In this document: positions 38,268 through 46,905 of the stretch, in pieces
Layout: each line of letters opens with the position of its first letter
Numbering within the stretch: the first letter of the stretch is position 1
From: Candidatus Sumerlaeia bacterium
GTDB taxonomy: Bacteria; Sumerlaeota; Sumerlaeia; SLMS01; JANRJK01
Length of the DNA: 64,000 bases
Assembly: GCA_033764015.1 (NCBI GenBank)
Contig: JANRJK010000036.1
Location: 64,001 to 128,000, forward strand
Direction of reading: 5' to 3'
Notes under the pieces: generated by a model
The model's database searches: none
Seen by the model: the letters and a program-made list of their open reading frames with translations, nothing else
Told to the model about the DNA's origin: nothing
Translations under genes and position numbers: made by a program

Positions 38268-38312
38268 GGGCGGGAATGCGGCTTGCCATTCCCGCCCTCC
38301 ACCGGCTATTCT
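38268..38312 (+). promoter_or_regulatory. Hairpin overlapping a sigma70-like promoter
   Basis: GGGCGGGAATG/CATTCCCGCCC stem; TTGCCA(38283)-18 nt-TATTCT(38307). Confidence 0.45.
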
Positions 38313-38355
38313 CGCAGCACAACAAAAGTTTCGACAACTTCCAAGGAGCGCCCCC

Positions 38356-39948
38356 ATGTCGATGCGCACCACCGCCGCCGCGTTGGCGGCCGCAGCGATC
38401 ACCACCGGGGCGGGCGCCGCGCCGTTCGCGTGGCTTCCCGGCTCGTCCCAGGACACCCCCGAAACGGGGAACAGCATGACGGTCGTGGACCTCGAAACGA
38501 TGCTGGTCCTTGGAAGCTGGAACTTCCTCGCTGGCAACGAAGGCGCGGACCCGCTGGTCCCCGCGTTCTCGCCGGACGGCTCGCGCGCCTACGTGCTCGT
38601 CGGCGGCGACGCGGACGACGACCCCGCCGGGCGCCTGTTCGTCTACGACACGGAGCAGGTGTACGCGGCGCTCGCCGGCGGCGGCGCGCCCACCCCGCTA
38701 CAGACGATCGTCTACGACGTGTTGCCAGGCGAAACGGCGACCATTGAACCCGTCGCGGCGACACTGTCGCCCGACGGTTCGCGCCTCTACGTCGTCGAGG
38801 GCCGCAACGAGCTGCTGCACTGCTACAACGTCGCGATGGACGGCACGCTGGCGCCGCTGGTCCAGGTTCCGACCGACTCGAACCCGGGGCCGCTTTGGAT
38901 CAGCCCCGACGGCGATACGGGCTTCTTCACCAACACGACCTTCTTCCGGGTGAACCGGGTGGGCTTGTCCGGCACGCCGACGATCCTGAACGCGCTCGAC
39001 ATCACGCCCCCCGCGCGCTTCGACGGCTTGGCGCAGCCGATCACCAACGGCGGCATCCCGTTCGCGCAGGGCGACAACCTGACCGCGGTGCCGGTCCCGG
39101 GCGGAACGCCGACCTCGAACGAGTTCTGGTTCATCGCCGGCTACTTCGGCTTCCGTGTCTTCGTCGATATTCCGTTCATCGGCGGGCCGCTGACCGTGCG
39201 CGGCAACTACGACCTTTACCGCTGGAACTCGAACTCGGCCTCGCCCACCAGCTTCGCCGCCGTCACCTCCACGACGAACGAGGTGGCATTTCCGCCCACG
39301 ATCAACGTCTACCGGTCGGAGGGCGGCACCACCACCGGCTCGATCACCGGCGGGCGCACCCTTCGGACGGACTTCAACATCGAGGAGACCGTCCCCCAAG
39401 AGGCGTCGCCGAACCACATGCTCACCTACGCTTTGTGGGACAAGGCGACGGACGCGCTCATCTACGGTTCCGTCGCGATCCCGAAGGTGACCGCCGCGAA
39501 CTTCGACCTGAACAACTTCGTCTACACTCCTCAGGTGCAGACGTCGAACATCTACCGCCACACGGTCTCATCCGCGCGCACGATCACTGCGCAGAACGTG
39601 GGAACGGTGCAGCGGTTCTCGACGGTGCCGCTGGGCTTCGCGGGCGGATCGGTGATCTTCGCGGGCAACGACGTTGTGAGTTCGCCGGGCTTCAACCCGG
39701 GCCTCGCGGCGCCGCCGCGCAACACGCAGATCATCAAGCTGAACCCGGCGGACAACACGGTCCAAACGCTGACGCTGGACGTCGTCGCAGGCGCCGCGGC
39801 GATCTCGCCCGCACCCGCCGGACCGCCACCGCCGACGCCGACCGAGGTGGCCGACGCGCTCCTCGGCGCCTCCGCGCCCACCGCCGCGATGGACCTGAAC
39901 GCCGACGGCGCCATCGACGCGGCCGACGCCGTGTTCGGCACGCCGTAA
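38356..39948 (+). CDS. Secreted YncE-like beta-propeller protein with C-terminal dockerin/EF-hand-like tail
   Basis: Signal peptide; repeated SPDGSR[AL]YV blades; Pro linker; DLNADGAIDAADAV. Confidence 0.75.
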   Translation: MSMRTTAAALAAAAITTGAGAAPFAWLPGSSQDTPETGNSMTVVDLETMLVLGSWNFLAGNEGADPLVPAFSPDGSRAYVLVGGDADDDPAGRLFVYDTEQVYAALAGGGAPTPLQTIVYDVLPGETATIEPVAATLSPDGSRLYVVEGRNELLHCYNVAMDGTLAPLVQVPTDSNPGPLWISPDGDTGFFTNTTFFRVNRVGLSGTPTILNALDITPPARFDGLAQPITNGGIPFAQGDNLTAVPVPGGTPTSNEFWFIAGYFGFRVFVDIPFIGGPLTVRGNYDLYRWNSNSASPTSFAAVTSTTNEVAFPPTINVYRSEGGTTTGSITGGRTLRTDFNIEETVPQEASPNHMLTYALWDKATDALIYGSVAIPKVTAANFDLNNFVYTPQVQTSNIYRHTVSSARTITAQNVGTVQRFSTVPLGFAGGSVIFAGNDVVSSPGFNPGLAAPPRNTQIIKLNPADNTVQTLTLDVVAGAAAISPAPAGPPPPTPTEVADALLGASAPTAAMDLNADGAIDAADAVFGTP

Positions 39949-39996
39949 GCATCCCCGGGGGCGGCCCGCCAGACACGTCGCCTCCGGGATCCTCGC

Positions 39997-41355
39997 ATGA
40001 GGCCCAAGGGACTTTCGCTGAAAGGCGAACCGATCGACCGCGCGTTCTACTTCGCGGCGGGGCTTTTGCTGCTTGCGGTGAAGGTGGTCATCGACTGGCT
40101 GGTGACCGCCGTCGTGTTCGGCGAGCCTTGGCGCGTCTCCCTCTACGCGATCCCCGCCACCGGGGCGCTCTGGTCGCTGCTCGACGGCCACTCGGGCCTC
40201 CGGCTGGCGCTGCTGGCGTGTGCGCTGCCGTTCATCGCCATCGGGACCCTTCTGACCCTAGGGCGGCTGCGGGACGCGGGCTGGCACAGCGGGCTCGTGG
40301 TCCTGTTCTTCGTTCCTGTGGCCAACTTCGCGCTCTTCCTGGCGCTCGTCCTCGCACCCAGCCGAGCCGCAGCGGGTGATACGGCGCGGGCGCCCGCGGG
40401 CACTTGGCGGACGAGGATCGCGGGCGCGGCGCACGCGGGCGGGGTCAGCGCCGCCATCGTGGCGGCCTTCGGCGTCGCCGGAGTGCTGTTCTCCACAGAA
40501 TTCCTGGGGACGTACGGGCTCGGGATCTTCGTGGGGATGCCGTTCATCCAAGGCTTCCTCGCCGCGAAGATCGGTGGCGCGGACAGTTTCGGCGCGTCGC
40601 TCCGCGCGGCCTCCTGGGGACTCCTGCTCTGCGGCGCGGCGCTCCTCGTCTTTGCCATCGAGGGGATCATCTGCCTGCTGATGGCTTCGCCCTTGGCGTT
40701 CGCGCTCTCTGCGCTGGGTGCGTACTGCGGACACCTTTCAAATGTGGCGGACGATCCCACGCGCCGCTGGCCGATCCTCCCGATGGCGCTGATTCCCTCG
40801 CTGTTCCTGTCCATCGGCGCAGAGGGCGTGCGCCCGCGGGAGCCCGCCCTGCGCGAGGTCGTCACGCGCGTGCGCATCGCGGCGCCGCCGGAAACGGTTT
40901 GGGCCCAGGTCGTTGCGTTCCCCGAGATCGCCCCTCCGCGCGAGTGGTACTTCCGCGCGGGGATCGCTTGGCCCGTGCGGGCGCGCATCGAGGGCGAAGG
41001 CCTTGGCGCGGTGCGCTACTGCGAGTTCTCCACCGGCGCCTTCGTCGAGCCGGTCACCGTGTGGGAGCCCGCCCGCCGCCTCGCCTTCGACGTGGTGGAG
41101 AATCCACCCGCCATGCGCGAACTCTCGCCGTGGGGCGACCTCCGCACGCCGCATCTCTCGGGCTATGTGGTGTCGAAGCGCGGCCAGTTCCTACTCATCC
41201 CGGACGGCTCCGGCGGGACGATCCTCGAGGGCACCACGTGGTACGCGCACCGCTTCTGGCCCCAAGCGTACTGGAGCGTCTTCGCGGACGGGTTGATCCA
41301 CCGGATCCACCTCCGCGTCCTCGAACACATCCGGGCCCAGTGCGGGGCCGGCTGA
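39997..41355 (+). CDS. Membrane protein with DUF805-like N-terminus and SRPBCC-like C-terminus
   Basis: RLRDAGW....FFVPVAN; EGIICLLMASPL; IAAPPETVW, FVEPVTVWEP..LAFDV, IHLRVL. Confidence 0.75.
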   Translation: MRPKGLSLKGEPIDRAFYFAAGLLLLAVKVVIDWLVTAVVFGEPWRVSLYAIPATGALWSLLDGHSGLRLALLACALPFIAIGTLLTLGRLRDAGWHSGLVVLFFVPVANFALFLALVLAPSRAAAGDTARAPAGTWRTRIAGAAHAGGVSAAIVAAFGVAGVLFSTEFLGTYGLGIFVGMPFIQGFLAAKIGGADSFGASLRAASWGLLLCGAALLVFAIEGIICLLMASPLAFALSALGAYCGHLSNVADDPTRRWPILPMALIPSLFLSIGAEGVRPREPALREVVTRVRIAAPPETVWAQVVAFPEIAPPREWYFRAGIAWPVRARIEGEGLGAVRYCEFSTGAFVEPVTVWEPARRLAFDVVENPPAMRELSPWGDLRTPHLSGYVVSKRGQFLLIPDGSGGTILEGTTWYAHRFWPQAYWSVFADGLIHRIHLRVLEHIRAQCGAG

Positions 41356-41430
41356 CCAGACGCTCCCTTTGCGCTTCACCCGGCCCGCCGCCTTGAATCC
41401 GGGCACTCGACGCGGAAAGGCGCATGCGGC

Positions 41431-41949
41431 ATGGAGCTTTCGATGATGCAGTTGCTGGGGTTGTTGATCGTGGGGGCGTTCGCGGGGGCGATGTCGGGAT
41501 TCTTCGGCATCGGCGGCGGCATCGTGATGGTGCCGGCGCTGGTGCTGCTGATGGGTTTCACGCAGCAAATGGCGCAGGGCACGTCGATCGCCGTGATGAT
41601 CCCGCCGATCGGCTTGGCCGCCGCGATCCAGTACTACCGCCAAGGCTTTGTCGATCTGCGCGTGGCCGCGTTCGTCGCGATCGGATTCGTGATCGGCTCG
41701 CTGATCACCTCGACGTACATATCCAAGGTGCCCGGGCCGATCCTGAAGCAGGCGTTCGGGATGCTGATGCTGTTTTCCGCGGGGCAGATCTTCTACGCGG
41801 CGGGGGGCTTCAACGGGATCCTCAAGATGCTTCCGGTGGGAATCGGGCTGTTTCTGGTCGGGGGCTACACGCGGCACCTCGCGGACTCGCGCGGGAAGCG
41901 GAAGGCGGCGGAGGATCAGTCCGGCGACAAGGACGCGGCCACCGGCTGA
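41431..41949 (+). CDS. Short TauE/SafE-family membrane protein
   Basis: AG.MSGFFGIGGGIVMVPAL, AQGTS. Confidence 0.85.
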   Translation: MELSMMQLLGLLIVGAFAGAMSGFFGIGGGIVMVPALVLLMGFTQQMAQGTSIAVMIPPIGLAAAIQYYRQGFVDLRVAAFVAIGFVIGSLITSTYISKVPGPILKQAFGMLMLFSAGQIFYAAGGFNGILKMLPVGIGLFLVGGYTRHLADSRGKRKAAEDQSGDKDAATG

Positions 41950-43511
41950 ATGCGTTCGAGGAAGCGGTGGATGGATTCCTCCGGCGGGTTGGAGGCCATG
42001 TACCGCTCGACGACGAGCTGCGCTTGCGGACGCCGGTTCGTCATGACGGAGGCGACCACGAGTTCGGCGGTCGCCTCGGGGTGGAGCGGGTCGTCGTCGA
42101 GGGCGCGCTTCGCCGCATCGTAGGCGCCGTCGAGGTCACGGTTGGCGCGCGAGAGCGCGGCGAGGCGCACCCAGCGGTCCGCCTGCCCCTTGCCGTCGCC
42201 GAGGGCGCGCTGCAGCGCGACGTAGGCGGCGGAGAAGTTGCCCTGCGCGAGCTGGACGCCGGCGAGCCATTCGGCGGCGAGCGGGTTGCCCGGCGCGCGG
42301 TTGAACTCGCCCTTCGCGAGGGCGTCCGAGCTGCGGAACTCGGGGGCCCTCATCGCCGCGAGGAATCCCCAGGTCGCCATCACGACGAGCATCCCGCCGA
42401 GGAGCGCGAGGCGCACGTGCTCCATCCAATGCTCGCGCGCGCCGCGGGTGGCGCCCGCCACGAACATCGCCGCGAAGGGGAACGTCGCGACCCACGAGAG
42501 CCCGCGCTCCGGGGGGAGCAGCGCGACGGTCCCCATGCACGCGGCGAGATACCACCACAGGCTCGGCTCGGGGAGATCCTTGCGGTTCGAAAGCCACTGG
42601 AGCGCGGCGACGCCGAGCAGCAGTCCGAAGAGCGCCTGCAGCGCGAAAGGCACCGGGCGGGGCTGGAGGTCCACCGCGAAGGCGCGGGGGAAGGCCAGCA
42701 GGAGCTGCTCCGCCGCCGGCGAGGCGAGCAGCGGCACGCGCCGGAGCGCGTCGAGCAGCGGCGCGAGGGGTGCCTCCGGCGTGCCCGCCCGCACGAGGAG
42801 GAACGCGGCCGCGGCGCCCGCGACAGCGAGGGCCGCGGCGACCTGCAGCGACCGGTGGCGGTGGTGCACCGCGAACGCCGCGGCCGCCGCCAGGAACACC
42901 AGCGGTGTCGGCACCACGAAGGCGGCCGCCGCGAAGAAGGCGACGCCCGCCGCGAAGCGCGGCCAGCGCACGATGTACTCGTCGGTGGTCGCGCTGCGCA
43001 GCGCTACGCAGCCCCAAACCCCGAACGCCGCGGCCACCGCTACCGAAAGCCCGTGGAACGCCGCCAGCACGTTGACGGCGAACGGATGGAGCACCGGAAC
43101 CAAGTACAGCGGCAGCGCCCAACCCGGAAGCCCTTCGTCGCCGGTGAGCACCACAAGCCCGGCGACCGCTAACCCGGCCGCCATGGCCGTCAGCAGCAGC
43201 ACCAGCCGCGTGCTCCGCGGGCCATGCCACGGAAGGCCGGCGGCCAGGGAACGCTCCGTCGCGACGGGGCCCCACGGAAAGAGGACCGGCTCCTCCGAGT
43301 AGACGCCGGGCGCCTGGTACGCCGTCGCCGGGACGGACTGGCCCAGCATGGCCGCCTCTCCCGGCGCGAGTTCCCTCGGCGCGGACCGCCACGTCATCAG
43401 CACGGCGAGCAGGAAGGCGACCAGACCCATGACCACCGGGGGCGCGAGGAGCCAGTCGAGCGGATCGCGGGCCGGGCGCGGCCCGACGGTGTCGGGTTCG
43501 GGTGTCGTCAT
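41916..43511 (-). CDS. Polytopic membrane protein with C-terminal TPR repeats
   Basis: Many hydrophobic helices, then QGNFSAAY..LQRAL and AAKRALDDDP; start approximate. Confidence 0.65.
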   Translation of the reverse strand: MTTPEPDTVGPRPARDPLDWLLAPPVVMGLVAFLLAVLMTWRSAPRELAPGEAAMLGQSVPATAYQAPGVYSEEPVLFPWGPVATERSLAAGLPWHGPRSTRLVLLLTAMAAGLAVAGLVVLTGDEGLPGWALPLYLVPVLHPFAVNVLAAFHGLSVAVAAAFGVWGCVALRSATTDEYIVRWPRFAAGVAFFAAAAFVVPTPLVFLAAAAAFAVHHRHRSLQVAAALAVAGAAAAFLLVRAGTPEAPLAPLLDALRRVPLLASPAAEQLLLAFPRAFAVDLQPRPVPFALQALFGLLLGVAALQWLSNRKDLPEPSLWWYLAACMGTVALLPPERGLSWVATFPFAAMFVAGATRGAREHWMEHVRLALLGGMLVVMATWGFLAAMRAPEFRSSDALAKGEFNRAPGNPLAAEWLAGVQLAQGNFSAAYVALQRALGDGKGQADRWVRLAALSRANRDLDGAYDAAKRALDDDPLHPEATAELVVASVMTNRRPQAQLVVERYMASNPPEESIHRFLERIQPVAASLSPD

Positions 43512-43568
43512 GCGGGGACTTGAACGCGAGGGTGGACGCGGCTCAAGCGGCGTCTCGCCGGCGGTCAA

Positions 43569-44537
43569 CTACGGCGCCACCTGCGCCACGCCGGAAAGCG
43601 CGGCCTCCATGCGCTCCGCCATCGCCGCGGGCAGCTTGATCCCCGAGGCCAGCGCGTTCTCGCGGAGCTGCGAAACCTTCGTCGCGCCGACGATGCAGCT
43701 CGACACCTCCTGGTGCGTGAGGATCCACGCCAGGGCGATCTGCGCGACGGAGTAGCCCAGCTCCTCCGCGATCGGCTTCAGGCGCGCCACCGCTTCGAGC
43801 AATTCGCGGTCGTGGGCCTTCGCCTTGATGAAGTGGTTCTGGCGCGTGTCGGCGGCGCGGCTGTCGGTCGGCGGCGGGTGGCCCGGGCGGTACTTGCCGG
43901 TGAGCAGCCCCTGCGCCAGCGGCGACCACACGACCAGGCCCATGCCGGAGCGCGCGCAGAGCGGCATCACGGAGCGCTCGATCTTGCGCTGGAGCAGATT
44001 GTACTGCGGCTGGTTCGCGACGGGCCGCTCCCAGCGCTCGCCGCAATGCGCGAGACAGCGGTCGATCTGGTCCGCGCTCCATTCGGAAACGCCCCAGTGC
44101 AGGATCTTGCCCTGGCGCACGAGGTCGTCCATCGCGCGGATCGTGACCTCGAGCGGCGTTTCCTCGTCGAAGCGGTGGCATTGGTAGAGATCGATGTGGT
44201 CCGTGCGGAGGCGGCGCAGGCTCTTGTGCACCTGGTCGAACAGGTGCTTGCGGCCGAGGCCGCGGTCGTTGGGCCCGTCGCCCACGGGGAAGAAGGCCTT
44301 GGTGGCGAGAACATAGCTTTCGCGTGGACGCCCCAGGAGCCACTCGCCGAGCGCTTCCTCGCATTTCCCCTGCGCGTAGACGTTCGCGGTGTCGATCAGG
44401 TTGATGCCGAGGTCGAACGCGGCGGCGATGATGTCGCGGCCGGCGTCGCCTTCCACGGCGTTGCCGAAGGTCAGCCACCCCCCCAGCGCGATCTCCGAAA
44501 CGCGGATGCCCGAGGCACCGAGCGGACGGTAGTTCAT
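43569..44537 (-). CDS. Aldo/keto reductase (Kv-beta/Tas-like)
   Basis: YRPLG.SG.RVS, DTANVY, SLRRLRTDHIDLY, GVSEW, QYNLL, WSPLAQG. Confidence 0.95.
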   Translation of the reverse strand: MNYRPLGASGIRVSEIALGGWLTFGNAVEGDAGRDIIAAAFDLGINLIDTANVYAQGKCEEALGEWLLGRPRESYVLATKAFFPVGDGPNDRGLGRKHLFDQVHKSLRRLRTDHIDLYQCHRFDEETPLEVTIRAMDDLVRQGKILHWGVSEWSADQIDRCLAHCGERWERPVANQPQYNLLQRKIERSVMPLCARSGMGLVVWSPLAQGLLTGKYRPGHPPPTDSRAADTRQNHFIKAKAHDRELLEAVARLKPIAEELGYSVAQIALAWILTHQEVSSCIVGATKVSQLRENALASGIKLPAAMAERMEAALSGVAQVAP

Positions 44538-44559
44538 CGATGTATCTCCCATATTGAAA

Positions 44560-45228
44560 TCAACCTGGCAGCGGCACCGCAACGCCTCCGACCGCCAAGA
44601 CCACGCGGTCGCCGGCCGAAGGCGCGATGTCGGCCTTGCCGGTCAGCTCGCCGAAGGCGGGCAGCACGGCGCTGTTCTGTCTGAACCAGAAGCAAGGCCC
44701 GCGCAAGGCGGTTTCGCCGCGCCGCTTGAGTCGGATCGCGGGGTGCAGGTGCCCCGCCAGCAGGTAGCCGCGCGCCGCGCGGTCCGGATAGTGGCCGTAA
44801 GCGAACGGAGGTGCTTCGACCTGTTCCGCGGCACATTCGATGCGCAGGTCCCCCGGCGGGTCGCCTGCATGCCGGTCGTGGTTTCCGCGAACAAGCAGTA
44901 TGCGGAGCACCGCATGGGCGGCGCGCCACTCCGCGAGGCGGCGAAGCGTCTCCGGCGAGCGGCTGTGGCGGTCGTGGAAGAAGTCGCCGAGGATCACCAG
45001 CTCGCGGGCGCCCGTGCTGCGCAGCGCCGCGGTGAGGCGCGCAAGCGGCTCCGCGATGGTGGCCTCGGGGACGGGTACGCCCGCCGCCTGCAACGAGGCC
45101 GCCTTGCCGAAATGCGGGTCCGCGATGAGCAGTGTGCCCGTGGCCGGGCGGAACAACGCGCGGCATCCCATGGCGAGCATCGACTCGCCGGCGCACTCGA
45201 TGCTTGTGTCGGCGGGGCGGGGCTCCAT
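44560..45228 (-). CDS. pdeM: Ligase-associated metallophosphoesterase / endonuclease
   Basis: ADPHFGK..GVPVP, LGDFFH, RGNHD, H.P, GHLHP, LPAFG..TG. Confidence 0.88.
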   Translation of the reverse strand: MEPRPADTSIECAGESMLAMGCRALFRPATGTLLIADPHFGKAASLQAAGVPVPEATIAEPLARLTAALRSTGARELVILGDFFHDRHSRSPETLRRLAEWRAAHAVLRILLVRGNHDRHAGDPPGDLRIECAAEQVEAPPFAYGHYPDRAARGYLLAGHLHPAIRLKRRGETALRGPCFWFRQNSAVLPAFGELTGKADIAPSAGDRVVLAVGGVAVPLPG

Positions 45229-45256
45229 GCTCACGGCGGCTTCGGACGGAAGGATC

Positions 45257-46903
45257 ATGCGGCGCTTCACGCGACTGGTTAGAGAGCTGGACGAGACGAC
45301 GCGCACCAACGAAAAAGTGGCGGCGCTGGAGCGCTTTTTCCGCGAGGCGCCGCGCACCGACGCCGCGTGGGCGCTGCACTTCCTCTCCGGCGGGCGCCAG
45401 CGGCGGGCCCTGACGGCGCCGCGCCTGCGCGCACTCGTGGCTGCGCGGTGCGGCCTGCCCCAGTGGCTCGTCGACGAGTGCCACGAAGCGGTCGGCGACC
45501 TGGCGGAGTGCCTGGCGCTGCTGCTGCCGCCGCCGACGGCGCCGCGCGAGTGGGCCCTCGCGGACCTTGTCGAGACGCGCTTGCTGCCGATCGCCGACCT
45601 GCCCGAGCGCGACCGCGAGCGCATGCTGGACGAGGTGTGGGCGTCGCTCTCCGCGGAGGAGCGCTTCGTCTGGCACAAGCTGATCACCGGCGCGTTCCGC
45701 ATTGGCGCGGGGAGGACGCTCGCGGCGCGCGCGCTCGCCCGCGTCGCCGGCGTGCCGCAGGCGGTCATGGCGCACCGCCTGATGGGGGCGTGGGCGCCCA
45801 GCGCGGAAGCGATGGAGCGGCTTCTCGCGGGCGAGTCCGCCTCGGACGATCCCGCGCGGCCATACCCGTTCCACTTGGCGCACCAGATCGAGGGGCAACC
45901 GGAGGGGTTGGGGCCCATCGCCGAGTGGCAGCTCGAGTGGAAGTGGGACGGCATCCGCGCGCAGCTCCTGAAACGCGGCGGTGCGGTGGCGCTGTGGACG
46001 CGCGGCGAGGAGCCCGCGGGGGCGCGGTTCCCCGAGCTGGAGGCTCTCGGCGCGCGGCTGCCGGACGGCACCGTGCTCGACGGCGAGGTGCTGCCATGGC
46101 GCGGCGGCGGACCGCTCCCGTTCCACCAGCTCCAGCGGCGCATCGGCCTGAAGAGCGCCAGCCGGCGCATCCAGCTCGAAGTTCCCGCGCTGTTCCACGC
46201 CTACGATTTGCTCGAGGAGAACGGGGTCGACCTGCGGGAGCGCCCGCTCGCGGAGCGCCGCGCGCGGCTGGAGGCGCTCGTTGACTCAGTCAAGCAACCG
46301 TCACGGCTGCTCGCGTCGCCGCTCGTCGAGGCGGGATCTTGGGAGGAGGCGGCGCTGTTGCGGGAGGAGTCGCGCGCGCGCCGCGTCGAGGGGCTGATGC
46401 TCAAGCGGCGCGACTCCCCGTACCGCGCGGGGCGCAGCAAGGGCGAATGGTGGAAGTGGAAGGTCGATCCGCTCGCGATCGACGCGGTGTTGGTCTATGC
46501 GCAGCAGGGGCACGGGCGCCGCGCGAGCCTCTACACGGACTGCACGTTCGCGCTCTGGGACCGCGGCGAATTGGTCACCGTGGCGAAGGCGTATTCGGGC
46601 CTCACCGACCGCGAGATCGACGAGGTGGACGCGTGGATCAAGCGGCACGGGCGCGAGCGCCGCGGCCCGGTCCGCGCGGTCGATCCGGAGCTGGTGTTCG
46701 AGCTCGGCTTCGAGGGTGTGCAGCGCTCGGGACGGCACCGCTCCGGCGTGGCGGTGCGGTTCCCGCGGATCCTGCGCTGGCGTCGCGACAAGCGCCCCGA
46801 GGACGCGGACACGCTCGATTCGCTGCTCGCGCTGGCGGATCTTGGCGACGCACCCGAAGAGGATGGCGACGCCATCGGCGGCGTGCAGCAGGAGCTGTTC
46901 TGA
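45257..46903 (+). CDS. ATP-dependent DNA ligase
   Basis: VGDLAE, EWKWDGIRAQ, DGEV, YDLLE, EGLMLK, WWKWK, RFPRI. Confidence 0.95.
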   Translation: MRRFTRLVRELDETTRTNEKVAALERFFREAPRTDAAWALHFLSGGRQRRALTAPRLRALVAARCGLPQWLVDECHEAVGDLAECLALLLPPPTAPREWALADLVETRLLPIADLPERDRERMLDEVWASLSAEERFVWHKLITGAFRIGAGRTLAARALARVAGVPQAVMAHRLMGAWAPSAEAMERLLAGESASDDPARPYPFHLAHQIEGQPEGLGPIAEWQLEWKWDGIRAQLLKRGGAVALWTRGEEPAGARFPELEALGARLPDGTVLDGEVLPWRGGGPLPFHQLQRRIGLKSASRRIQLEVPALFHAYDLLEENGVDLRERPLAERRARLEALVDSVKQPSRLLASPLVEAGSWEEAALLREESRARRVEGLMLKRRDSPYRAGRSKGEWWKWKVDPLAIDAVLVYAQQGHGRRASLYTDCTFALWDRGELVTVAKAYSGLTDREIDEVDAWIKRHGRERRGPVRAVDPELVFELGFEGVQRSGRHRSGVAVRFPRILRWRRDKRPEDADTLDSLLALADLGDAPEEDGDAIGGVQQELF

Positions 46904-46905
46904 CC

